The translations under genes and the position numbers were made by a program. Below, piece after piece: positions 39,418 through 50,836 of a DNA stretch of 64,000 nucleotides. The stretch lies in the NCBI RefSeq assembly GCF_036588685.1, contig NC_086377.1:1860001-1924000 (forward strand), in the 5' to 3' direction. The notes beneath the pieces are model-generated. The model searched no databases and was not told the origin of the DNA. It saw only the letters and a list, made by a program, of their open reading frames with translations. Each line of letters opens with the position of its first letter. The first letter of the stretch is position 1. This stretch comes from Mytilus trossulus (taxonomy: Eukaryota).

Positions 39418-40935
39418 GTGAGTACCTCAACTCTATTCACTTCTTAAGTTCACAATCCGGTGAGTACCTCAACACTGCTCACTTCTCTAGTACACAATCA
39501 GGTGAGTACCTCAACACTGTTCACTTCTCTAGTTCACAATCAGGTGAGTACCTCAACTCTGCTCACTTCTCTAGTACACAATCAGGTGAGTACCTCAACT
39601 CTGTTCACTTCTCTAGTTCACAATCTGGTGAGTACCTCAACTCTGTTCACTTCTCTAGTTCACAATCAGGTGAGTACCTCAACTCTGTTCACTTCTCTAG
39701 TTCACAATCTGGTGAGTACCTCAACTCTGTTCACTTCTCTAGTTCACAATCAGGTGAGTACCTCAACTCTGTTCACTTCTCTAGTTCACAATCTGGTGAG
39801 TACCTCAACTCTGTTCACTTCTTTAGTTCACAATCTGGTGAGTACCTCAACTCTGCTCACTTCTCTAGTACACAATCAGGTGAGTACCTCAACACTGTTC
39901 ACTTCTCTAGTTCACAATCAGGTGAGTACCTCAACTCTGCTCACTTCTCTAGTACACAATCTGGTGAGTACCTCAACTCTGTTCACTTCTCTAGTTCACA
40001 ATCTGGTGAGTACCTCAACTCTGTTCACTTCTCTAGTTCACAATCAGGTGAGTACCTCAACTCTGTTCACCTCTCTAGTTCACAATCTGGTGAGTACCTC
40101 AATTATGTTCACTTCTCTAGTTCACAATCTGGTGAGTACATCAACTCTGTTCACTTCTCTAGTTCACAATCAGGTGAGTAATTTGGTGAGTACCTCAATT
40201 CTATTCACTTCTCTAGTTCACAATCTGGTGTGTACCTCAACTCTGTTCACTTCTCTAGTTCACAATCAGGTGAGTACCTAAACTCTGTTCACTTCTCTAG
40301 TTCACAATATGGTGAATACCTCAACTCTGTTCACTTCTCTAGTTCACAATCTGGTGAGTACCTAAACTCTGTTCACTTCTCTAGTTCACAATTTGGTAAA
40401 TACCTCAACTTTGTTCACTTCTCTAGTTCACAATCAGGTGAGTACCTCAACTCTGTTCACTTCTCTAGTTCACAATTTGGGGAATACCTCAACTCTGTTC
40501 ACTTCTCTAGTTCACAATCTGGTGAGTACCTCAACTCTGTTCACTTCTCTAGTTCACAATCTGGTGAGTACCTCAACTCTGTTCACTTCTCTAGTTCACA
40601 ATCAGGTGAGTACCTTAACTCTGTTCACTTCTCTAGTTCACAATTAGGTGAGTACCTCAACTCTGTTCACTTCTCTAGTTCACAATCTGGTGAGTACCTC
40701 AACTCTGTTCACTTCTCTAGTTCACAATCTGGTGAGTACCTCAACTCTGTTCACTTCTCTAGTTCACAATCTGGTGAGTACCTCAACTCTGTTCACTTCT
40801 CTAGTTCACAATCAGGTGAGTACCTTAACTCTGTTCACTTCTCTAGTTCACAATCTGGTGAGTACCTCAACTCTGTTCACTTCTCTAGTTCACAATCAGG
40901 TAAGTACCTCAACTCTGTTCACAATCAGGTGAGTA
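39387..40935 (+). repeat. 42-bp in-frame splice-donor tandem array, ~36 copies
   Basis: Unit AACTCTGTTCACTTCTCTAGTTCACAATCTG|GTGAGTACCTC, which translates as GEYLNSVHFSSSQS. Confidence 0.95.
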
Positions 40936-40957
40936 ATTTACTGGACATTTAAAGATA

Positions 40958-41163
40958 CTGTGGATTCATTTTATTTTCGTTGGCACCAAATTTTGTGAAT
41001 CAAGTAAAACTTACATGATTGTGGATATTCAATTTCATGGTTTTGCCATAGTGTGTATACACGCCTAGAGGAAAATATGTAATTTGTTGAATATTAATTT
41101 TGTGGTTAATCACCGACGAAATGTATGAAAATTGGTATCCAAGGAATAATAATGAATCCACAG
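40958..41163. mobile_element. TA-flanked MITE
   Basis: TA|CTGTGGATTCATT ... AATGAATCCACAG|TA. Confidence 0.8.
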
Positions 41164-41171
41164 TAATCGGT

Positions 41172-42311
41172 TATACAGTGTCTAGTAAGTAATACTTTAG
41201 GTCAGAAATTGTCAGTTTTACCGTGTCTAGTAAGTAATACTTTAGGTCAGAAATTGTCAGTTTATACCGTGTCTAGTAAGTAATACTTTAGGTCAGAAAT
41301 TGTCAGTTTATACCGTGTCTAGTAAGTAATACTTTAGGTCAGAAATTGTCAGTTTTACCGATCTAGTAAGTAATACTTTAGGTCAGAAATTGTCAGTTTT
41401 ACCGTGTCTAGTAAGTAATACTTAAGGTCAGAAATTGTCAGTTTTACAGTGTCTAGTAAGTAATACTTTAGGTCAGAAATTGTCAGTTTTACCGTATCTA
41501 GTAAGTAATACTTTAGGTCAGAAATTGTCAGTTTTACCGTATCTAGTAAGTAATACTTTAGGTCAGAAATTGTCAGTTTATACCGTGTCTAGTAAGTAAT
41601 ACTTTAGGTCAGAAATTGTCAGTTTATACCGTGTCTAGTAAGTAATACTTTAGGTCAGAAATTGTCAGTTTATACCGTGTCTAGTAAGTAATACTTTAGG
41701 TCAGAAATTGTCAGTTTATACCGTGTCTAGTAAGTAATACTTTAGGTCAGAAATTGTCAGTTTTACCGTGTCTAGTAAGTAATACTTTAGGTCAGAAATT
41801 GTCAGTTTTACAGTGTCTAGTGAGTAATACTTTAGGTCAGACATTGTCAGTTTTACAGTGTCTAGTAAGTTATATTTTAGGTCAGAAATTGTCAGTTTTA
41901 CAGTGTCTAGTAAGTAATACTTTAGGTCAGAAATTGTCAGTTTTACAGTGTCTAGTAAGTAATACTTAAGGTCAGAAATTGTCAGTTTTACAGTGTCTAG
42001 TAAGTAATACTTTAGCTCAGAAATTGTCAGTTTTACCGTGTCTAGTAAGTAATACTTTAGGTCAGAAATTGTCAGTTTTACAGTGTCTAGTAAGTAATAC
42101 TTTAGGTCAGAAATTGTCAGTTTTACAGTGTCTAGTAAGTAATACTTTAGGTCAGAAATTGTCAGTTTTACAGTGTCTAGTAAGTAATACTTTAGGTCAG
42201 ACATTGTCAGTTTTATCGTGTCTAGTAAGTAATACTTTAGGTCAGAAATTGTCAGTTTTACCGTGTCTAGTAAGTAATACTTTAGGTCAGAAATTGTCAG
42301 TTTTACCGTGT
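41172..42311. repeat. 45/46-bp minisatellite, ~25 copies
   Basis: GTGTCTAGTAAGTAATACTTTAGGTCAGAAATTGTCAGTTTTACC. Confidence 0.95.
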
Positions 42312-43062
42312 CCAACTTCATTTCATCGATTGATTGGCGTTTCAAGGCCACTTTTAAGGGCCACTTTTGGGCTTTTTTGTGGCGACAATTTTTTATTGGT
42401 GGAGGAAGCCGGAGAGTGTCCAGTGAAGGACACTGACCTTTTATAGGGAATCTGACAAACCTGGTCAATTGAGATTGGACTCCAGTGAACCTTGAACTCA
42501 CAACCTCAGTGTTGACTGGCTAGTGATGACAGTAGTGACTACTTCGACAACTCAGCGTCTTATGCTTCTACTTCATTTGACACCCCCACATCACATGATC
42601 ATTGAAAAAGAAGGATCAGGATTGCCTACAATTTACAAATCAATCGAGAAGCAAATTCAACCACTTTATCTGATGTGCTATAAAAGATCTCTACCCCAAC
42701 AGTTAGATATTAAGAATTTGAATTACTCACCAAGTCTTTAAAAAAAATTTAGCTACTCTAAGCTCTTAGAAAAAAAAGTTTCTTTAACCAAACATGCTTT
42801 CATTAACATTATTAGTTATTTGTTGGATAGGTGTTTTATTGGCAACTGTCACCACATCTCATTGTGTTATTGTAATTTCATGGTTCACATGTATCTATGA
42901 AATACACAAAAATTGGTATCCAATGAATAATGAATCCACATGTTGAAAAGGAATATATAATCCTCAGTAGATGTATGACATACTTATAAATAAAATATAT
43001 TAACCTCAGTTCTCAGCCTCAGTAGATATGACTTACTTATAAAATGTTATCTTCTTTTGCAG

Positions 43063-43236
43063 AGATATCAGGAATAAATAATCCAAACTTCACAACATCA
43101 GCATCAACAGACGGTTGCCATAACAACTGTACAGATAGACCCACTTCCTGTACATCTGTAGCTGAAGGCGTTGACGATCGGTATACCACCATTAAAAATA
43201 TAAATGCTGATTTTGGAAATCCAAACCTTTCTAATG
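43063..43236 (+). CDS. Cytoplasmic exon ISGINNPNF...DDRYTTIKN...NLSN
   Basis: TTTTGCAG acceptor; G|GTAGGT donor; phase 1 in and out; open frame. Confidence 0.85.
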
Positions 43237-43665
43237 GTAGGTTGAATAAATGTTAAAATGAGAATGGATGTATCATTATCATTTATCATTTTACCACTAA
43301 TACTCAAAATTTCAATAACAATTACTGTTTGAAGATTTTCTTTTTATTTAGATTTTTAATAATACTTTTTTCATATCATGCTACTTGCTTGAGATGGGAA
43401 AATGCTAGAAACGCAGTAGGCATGTGGCGTTGCTAATAAAACTGATATGAATTTTACATGTCGTCATAGGTAAAATAACAATAAACACATTATCATTGGT
43501 CATCTCAACTTGATTGCTTTTCTCCCTTTTGCCTTCCCGGCTGAAGCAAGAAAATCAATCTCGTTGAGATGATCAACGATAATCTAAAAATATTTGTTGA
43601 TAGTCATTATATCCATACCTGCTTAAATAATAAATATATGTATGATCTTTGTTTATGATTAACAG

Positions 43666-43812
43666 TTGCCGTGGTTGCAGAAGACAATGGTTATGAAGAA
43701 TTTGTTCCTAGTAAAAAAGATTTTCTGTTTAAAGAGAAGTTGAACGTAAACTTGAACAACTTGAGTCCCGATAAATCTGACACTGGACATGATTATGACA
43801 ATGTCTCTGTTG
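43666..43812 (+). CDS. Cytoplasmic exon AVVAEDNGYEEF...HDYDNVSV
   Basis: AACAG acceptor; G|GTATGT donor; phase 1 in and out; acidic Tyr motifs. Confidence 0.8.
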
Positions 43813-43837
43813 GTATGTACTATGATAAATATTTTTA

Positions 43838-44130
43838 TTATGCCCCATTTATGGGCATCATGTTTTCTGGTCTGTGCGTCCTTCCGTCCATTCTTCCGTC
43901 CAACCGTTCTTCTGTCCATTCGTCCCACTTCAGGTTGAAGTTTTTGGTTGAGGTAGTTTTTGATAAAGTTGAAGTCCAATCAATTTGAAACTTAGTAAAC
44001 ATGTTCCCTATGCTATGATCTTTCTAATTTTAATGCCAAATTAGAGATTTTATCCCATTTTCATGGTCCACTGAACATAGAAAATGATAGTGCAGATGGG
44101 GCATCTGTGTATTTTGGACACATTCTTGTT
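43838..44130 (+). mobile_element. Helentron-associated (HINE/DINE-like) element; related copies at ~19610-19988 and, reversed, 52698-52986
   Basis: T-run boundaries, ATGCCCC..GGGCAT subterminal inverted repeats, CCGT-type microsatellite, 3' hairpin. Confidence 0.65.
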
Positions 44131-44426
44131 AGTCAATAATTTCCTGATTTATAAATACCTAAATAGCCCAGGTCGCATACTTAGAAGCCCCTGTACTTAA
44201 ACAGCATCACTTGACCATTTACCTTTATCAGGAACGCTCAAAGCAAAACATTCGAAATATGAGGATGTATAAGTACCGAAAATCATTAAAAATACCTTAA
44301 ATGATAGCCAAATTCATCTTTAAAGTCAACTTTGCCTGAGGGAGTTGAAACCTTAGTTTCTAATAATTTCAAAATTTATAAAAGGAAAATTTTAGTAAAG
44401 TTTGTTAAATCATGTCAGTATCAAAG

Positions 44427-45530
44427 TACTGACTACTGAGATGATGATACCCTCAGGGACTGATAGTCCATCAGCAGAGATAACTGGGCCTCACTTGACC
44501 AGGGAAATAATCAAATGAGACTTTATTTGAAATATACACCTTCTCCTCGGTACTGACTACTGAGCTGATGATACCCTCAGGGACTGATAGTCCACCAGCA
44601 GAGATAACTGAGCCTCACTTGACCAGGGAAATAATCAAATGAGACTTTATTTGAAATAAACGCCTTCTCCTCGATACTGAATATCAATACATCTGACTAC
44701 TGATCTGATGATACCTTCAAGGACTGATAGTCCACCATCAGAGATAACTGGGCCTCACTTGACCCGGGAAATAATCAAATGAGACTTTATTTGAAATAAA
44801 CGCCTTCTCCTCGATACTGAATATCAATACATCTGACTACTGATCTGATGATACCCTCAGGGACTGATAGTCCACCATCAGAGATAACTGGGCCTCACTT
44901 GACCCGGGAAATAATCAAATGAGACTTTATTTGAAATAAACGCCTTCTCCTCGATACTGAATATCAATACATCTGACTACTGATCTGATGATACCTTCAA
45001 GGACTGATAGTCCACCATCAGAGATAACTGGGCCTCACTTGACCCGGGAAATAATCAAATGATACTTTATTTGAAATAAACGCCTTCTCCTCGATACTGA
45101 ATATCAATACATCTGACTACTGATCTGATGATACCCTCAGGGACTGATAGTCCACCATCAGAGATAACTGGGCCTCACTTGACCCGGGAAATAATCAAAT
45201 GAGACTTTATTTGAAATAAACGCCTTCTCCTCGATACTGAATATCAATACATCTGACTACTGATCTGATGATACCTTCAAGGACTGATAGTCCACCATCA
45301 GAGATAACTGGGCCTCACTTGACCCGGGAAATAATCAAATGAGACTTTATTTGAAATAAACGCCTTCTCCTCGATACTGAATATCAATACATCTGACTAC
45401 TGATCTGATGATACCCTCAGGGACTGATAGTCCACCATCAGAGATAACTGGGCCTCACTTGACCCGGGAAATAATCAAATGAGACTTTATTTGAAATATA
45501 CACCTTCTCCACGGTACTGATTATCAATAC
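44427..45530. repeat. 140-bp tandem repeat, ~8 copies
   Basis: ATATCAATACATCTGACTAC recurs at 44681, 44821, 44961, 45101, 45241 and 45381. Confidence 0.95.
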
Positions 45531-45677
45531 ACCTATTGACCTGTTTCTGGTTTGAAAAAATATTAATGCAAATCTGTGACTGTTTGAAAATAAGGTTGAT
45601 ATAAAAACCCAAAATTGGTATTTTATTTCGTATTTAAAGGTTCCAAAACTATTCAAAATATTATGCATGTATATATT

Positions 45678-46157
45678 CAGTGTAACCTGCCTAATCCATC
45701 ACCTCCGTATTCCATCATTCTGTCTTAACAGACACATTTTCATGGTTCCACATGTGTCTTTCCCTGCAGAAGTAACCTGACTATGTGGTACCTCAGTTGG
45801 ATGAATTATATAAGTTATGGTTCGCTTCTGACCCCCGACGGATCCATAGACATGATAGAGGGTTAGTTAAATCCAAAGGGGTTGAGGTCGGAGGCCAAAT
45901 CCCCTATGAGTTTGATTCACCCTCTATGGATCTGAAGGGGGTCAATAGTTGACCGTATAACAAATTTATAGCACGCTGGACTTTTTCTGCTGCGTTTTGT
46001 TGAAAAATAAACAATTAAACACAACAACATTATTAGATGACGTCACAATTAACGCGTCACAAACCGCCTACTGTCTCATAATGGATCACCACGTAAGGGC
46101 ATTTAACCAATCACAACGTGATAATTTATCTGTGGACCGATAACACAGGTTACACTG
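45678..46157. mobile_element. Tc1/mariner-type MITE carrying a nested hairpin element
   Basis: Same CAGTGTAACCTG TIRs as 37939-38111, but ~300 bp longer and with an internal palindrome. Confidence 0.7.
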
Positions 46158-46239
46158 TATACATGGTTTATGTGCATTTTATTAAATTTCTGTGCGACCC
46201 AGCTTATATGTTTACAATGTATATTGTTTTTTTCACCAG

Positions 46240-46289
46240 ATTCCATAGATTCCATAGAAGAAGAAAAGAAGAGAAACAATATGAAGTGA
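46240..46289 (+). CDS. Candidate last coding exon (D)SIDSIEEEKKRNNMK*
   Basis: TTTTTTTCACCAG acceptor; phase 1 reading ends at TGA 46287-89; possible CAG|GTGTGT donor at 46298. Confidence 0.5.
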
Positions 46290-47284
46290 TATGTCAGGTG
46301 TGTATACAATATGAAGTGATATGTCAGGTGTGTAAACAATATGAAATAATATGTCAGGTGTGTATACAATATGAAGTGATATGTCAGGTGTGTATACAAT
46401 ATGAAGTGATATGTCAGGTGTGTAAACAATATGAAGTGATATGTCAGGTGTGTATACAATATGAAGTGATATGTCAGGTGTGTAAACAATATGAAGTGAT
46501 ATGTCAGGTGTAAGTGATATGTCAGGAGTGTATACAATATGAAGTGATATGTCAGGTGTGTAAACAATATGAAGTGATATGTCAGGTGTGTATACAATGT
46601 GAAGTGATATGTCAGGTGTGTAAACAATGTGCAGTGCTATGTCAGGTGTGTATACAATGTGCAGTGCTATGTCAGGTGTGTATACAATATGAAGTGATAT
46701 GTCAGGTGTGTATACAATATGAAGTGATATGTCAGGTGTGTATACAATATGAAGTGATATATCAGGTGTGTATACAATATGAAGTGATATGTCAGGTGAT
46801 ATATCAGGTTTGTATACAATATGAAGTGATATGTCAGGTGTGTATACAATATGAAGTGTGTATACAATATGAAGTGATATGTCAGGTGTGTAAACAATAT
46901 GAAGTGATATATCAGGTGTGTAAACAATATGAAGTGATATATCAGGTGTGTATACAATATGAAGTGATATGTCAGGTGTGTATACAATTTGAAGTGATAT
47001 GTCAGGTGTGTAAACAATATGAAGTGATATGTCAGGTGTGTATACAATGTGAAATGATATATTAGGTGTGCATACAATATGAAGTGATATGTCAGGTGTG
47101 TATACAATATGAAGTGATATGTCACGTGTGTATACAATATGAAGTGATATGTCAGGTGTGTATACAATATGAAGTGATATATCAGGTGTGTATACAATAT
47201 GAAGTGATATATCAGGTGTGTAAACAATATGAAGTGATATATCAGGTGTGTATACAATATGAAGTGATATGTCAGGTGTGTATA
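46276..47284 (+). repeat. 30-bp tandem array covering the putative stop codon and donor, ~34 copies
   Basis: Unit ACAATATGAAGTGATATGTCAG|GTGTGTAT. Confidence 0.92.
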
Positions 47285-47387
47285 CCAAAAACAGGATTTC
47301 ATAGCTTTAAGTATTGTAACAGGTCATATATATTCAAAGAGCAGATTGCTCTGAGGTATACGATTGCCATTGTTTTCATTGATACAT

Positions 47388-47622
47388 GAGGGGGGCAGGA
47401 GGGGTCCTGATCCCGAAATCCCGGGCTTAAAACATGGAATCTCAAAATCTCGAGGTCCCAAAATTTGAATAAAGAAATTCCCGGATCCCGAAATGGTCAA
47501 TCCCAAAATCCGGAGGTCCTGAAATCGAATAAAGAAATTCCCGGATCCTGAAATGGTCAATCCCAAAATCCCGAGCTTAAAAACACCCGATCCCAGAGTC
47601 CTGATAAAGGTCCTATTCCCCT
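47388..47622. mobile_element. MITE-like element, same family as 10669-10862
   Basis: Collinear similarity to the first copy and inverted termini. Confidence 0.65.
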
Positions 47623-49252
47623 CATACATGTATTAGTATTATTTTCAAAAATAATTTAACTGCACGTGTAAAATGTAATTTTCGTAATCTGAATAGTTAT
47701 TCAACTTTAGAAAGAGCCAATCCGCTATTCAAGTGTATGACTCCTTTCCATACACATTCCTCTGTTTAAATTGCGATTGGTTTGAATACAATATTATGTT
47801 CCTTGATGTTTACAGTAGATGTGAGGGCATTGGCCTGAGTCCATGGTATAAGTCTACAGATTGCTTAAAAGCAATCGTATCCAAAAAAAGCAGATGTGGT
47901 CATGATTGCCAATGAGACAACTCTCCACATGAGGCCTAATGACACAGAAATTAACAACTATATAGGTCAACAATATAAATTGACAAATGTAAAACAATTG
48001 GAACAAGAAAACTAAAGGCTTATTTATATACAAAAAAAATCAACGAAAAACAAATAATTATATAACACAAACAACAACCACTGAATTCCAGACTCCTGAC
48101 TTGGGACAGGCATATATAGGTTATTTTTTATTATTTTGCAGTCGAAAACATATCCCCAATTGCCTGGTTTGTAGAAGTTATGATAATTGATGTGAATTGT
48201 AACCTAATATTGATAGGCACTATGACATTATATTCTAGCGGAGCATACCTGTTAACTTTTCAAAGTGCCCATGGTGGTTTTGCGTGCAAGATGGCTCGCA
48301 TAGTCCTAAAAAACCTTCAAGGGGTCCTGCAAATACATTTTAATGTTGTTTTTTTACTTCTTCATTCTTTTATAAGCCTAAATTCATTGGAAATTTAATT
48401 CTTTTGTTTAAATTGTGGACGAAATTGCTCTTTCAAAATTTCAATTTGTGAGTCTCAATTGGGAAAATCCCCCGCAAATAGTGACAGTTGGCAGGTATGG
48501 CGGAGATAACTCTTCTTGGGGAATTTCTGAGATAGAAGCCATTTCAAAGGGATGGTTAAATTTTAAAAAGTACCAAGGGAATTTTTTCTAGACATAGTTT
48601 TGAGTGACTCACATTTTCAAAACCTTTTTGTATTCAAACTAAAAATTCATGTGTTTTGATAATATATAAAAGAATAAAAGTCTAAAAGATGACAAGTTGT
48701 CATTAATGAATTGCCTCAAATTTAGTTTTACTAGCGACTCTAAAACACAAAATAAAAAAGCCATCACAGTCATGCCACCAACAGGATGACAACTAACTTG
48801 CATCACATAATTTAGAAGGCAAATTATTTTTAATTTACCATGTTTAATCAACAATATCATTTAGTAATTTATTGTATGTTTTTTTTAGATTTGTTTGTTG
48901 ATGGGTACCAGTATAAGTGCTATATAAACCAGTCTTCCACGTGGATGTTCTGTCTCAATGTTAATCATTGTATGCATTAACAATGACCTTTTTATTTTTC
49001 AACTTGTTAGTTTGCTATTTTATGTATGATTATAATAGCTGACAGATAATGTTAACTGAAGAATGCCAATGGCCGAAACGTCTTGAAAAATTGGTTTATT
49101 TATACAATAAGATATTGTTAAGATTTGTTATGAAGTTTTGTTTGTTTGTTTTTAATGTTTTATAGATCTTCATGACATATGTGCAAATGCTTATCAATTT
49201 GAAAAAGGTTTAATGAAAGCCTACTGGTAATTTTAACCAGACAGAAAGATTA

Positions 49253-49459
49253 CTGTAAATTCAGAAAATAATGTGTGTGCATTTATTATTGCAATTTTGT
49301 AATTTTTGAGCAAAATGCTATTTGAATTTTGAAATATTGAGAAAATCCTGTTTTATTCATTTAAAAGAATTTCAGAATGCAAGTTTAAATTATTGCGGTA
49401 ATAACCTTGTTGCATTTTTTGCAATAATAAAAGCATCCCAAAAATTTCTGAATTTACAG
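49253..49459. mobile_element. TA-flanked MITE
   Basis: TA|CTGTAAATTCAGAAA ... TTTCTGAATTTACAG|TA. Confidence 0.8.
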
Positions 49460-49486
49460 TATGTCTTTTTCATGTAATCACTTTAA

Positions 49487-50060
49487 GGGCATACAATACA
49501 TTTAAAGGGGAGGTAATGATGTTGCTAATGTAAAATGTAATTTTGAGACATCAAACTGTGACATATCGGTAAACTGATTTTGATCATTCAAACTGATTTA
49601 ATTTGAAAACGAGTGCATTGACCCCTATTTTTAAAACGACATTTTGTTTCATTTTGCAGGGAGATAATATGGACCAAATGTTATTAAACTGTAAATAGTG
49701 CAATTTTATTAATTTTGATAAATAGACAGCAAAAAATGGTGTTTTTTCTCAATTCATGACCATTTGACAAATATGAGTTATTTTATTTTATAAATTTATA
49801 ATTTATAAAATTACAAATTATTCAACAAAAAACAATTTCAGTCTTTAAACAAAAAAAGCTTTGACTTTCTTTCGAAAGGAAAAAATTCGGCCACAAATCC
49901 AAATTTTGAGCAAATATACCAAATTTCGACCTCATTTAACTCAAAGAGTAGCACATGAAGGTATATTTTTCATTACATATTTGATTTAATCAGGCAAAAA
50001 TTAGTCCATATGGAAAATTTCATCGAACTAAATACAGGATCAAAACTGTATCGTATGCCC
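49487..50060. mobile_element. Kolobok-like non-autonomous DNA transposon
   Basis: TTAA|GGGCATACAATACA ... TGTATCGTATGCCC|TTAA. Confidence 0.8.
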
Positions 50061-50559
50061 TTAAATACCACTGAAGTGAAATTTTAATACACTGAAAACC
50101 TTTCGTATTTGATTTTTTCAGTGTAAATATATAACTTTGCAATTTGTTTTTTGAGTCATTGTTAAGAAACGTGATATTCTAGAAAATGACAATTTATAAT
50201 TTACAATGATTTTATTGTTTGCTACCTTCAGTATTATTTAGATAAATTTACCCTCATTTGAAAGTTTATAATTTCAAGTCCCAACATCTTGTCTCGGTTA
50301 GTAAAGCAATAGTTTTCATAGTCCATTTTACTATTTCATCGTAGATTTAATTTAAAAGTTGATATTTTGAAGTCCCATGCAGTATGTTGTCTCACTTATA
50401 TTATATTCAATAAGTAAATTAAAATTTATCAGAGACTGATTTACTATTTTATCTTAAATAGACTTCATTAAAAAATTTATATTTTACAGTCCCATACAAC
50501 ATTCTGTCTGGCTTAATAAATCAAGAATTAAGAATCAAGAATCATGAATTATCATCATA

Positions 50560-50836
50560 AGCCATTTTACTATTTATCTTAGACTATAAGAATTATCATA
50601 GGCCATTTTACTATTTATCTTAGACTATAAGAATTATCATAGGCCAATTTACTTTTTTATCTTAGACTATAAGAATTATCATAGGCCATTTTACTTTTTT
50701 ATCTTAGACTATAAGAATTATCATAGGCCATTTTACTTTTTTATCTTAGACTATAAGAATTACCATTGGCCATTTTACTTTTTTATCTTAGACTTTAAGA
50801 ATTATCATAGGCCGTTTTCCAATTTTAACCTAGACT
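50560..50836. repeat. ~41-bp minisatellite, ~6 copies
   Basis: AAGAATTATCATAGGCCATTTTACTTTTTTATCTTAGACTAT. Confidence 0.85.

Larger units (their letters stand above)
9833..46289 (+). pseudogene. MEGF10: Multi-exon MEGF10/MEGF11/Draper/CED-1-like EGF-repeat receptor gene, apparently disabled and 5'-incomplete in this window
   Basis: About 20 GT-AG exons assembled by hand with compatible phases. They give ~15-16 CPxGxxGxxCxxxCxCxNGxxCxxxxGxCxCxPGxxGxxC-type repeats, a TM helix, and a tail with NPNF, YTTI, YEEF and YDNV. Lesions at ~9850, 11476-11552, 20297 and 23578-23585. The symbol is family-level only; orthology is untested. Confidence 0.8.

Noticed and set aside
39135-40181. 348-aa single-exon membrane protein ORF
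   Set aside because: It is the TM exon plus intronic flank and array read-through; the ATG lies upstream of a strong acceptor.
41716-42501. 261-aa minus-strand ORF (LDTVKLTISDLKYYL)n
   Set aside because: Translation of the 45-bp repeat joined to interspersed-repeat sequence.
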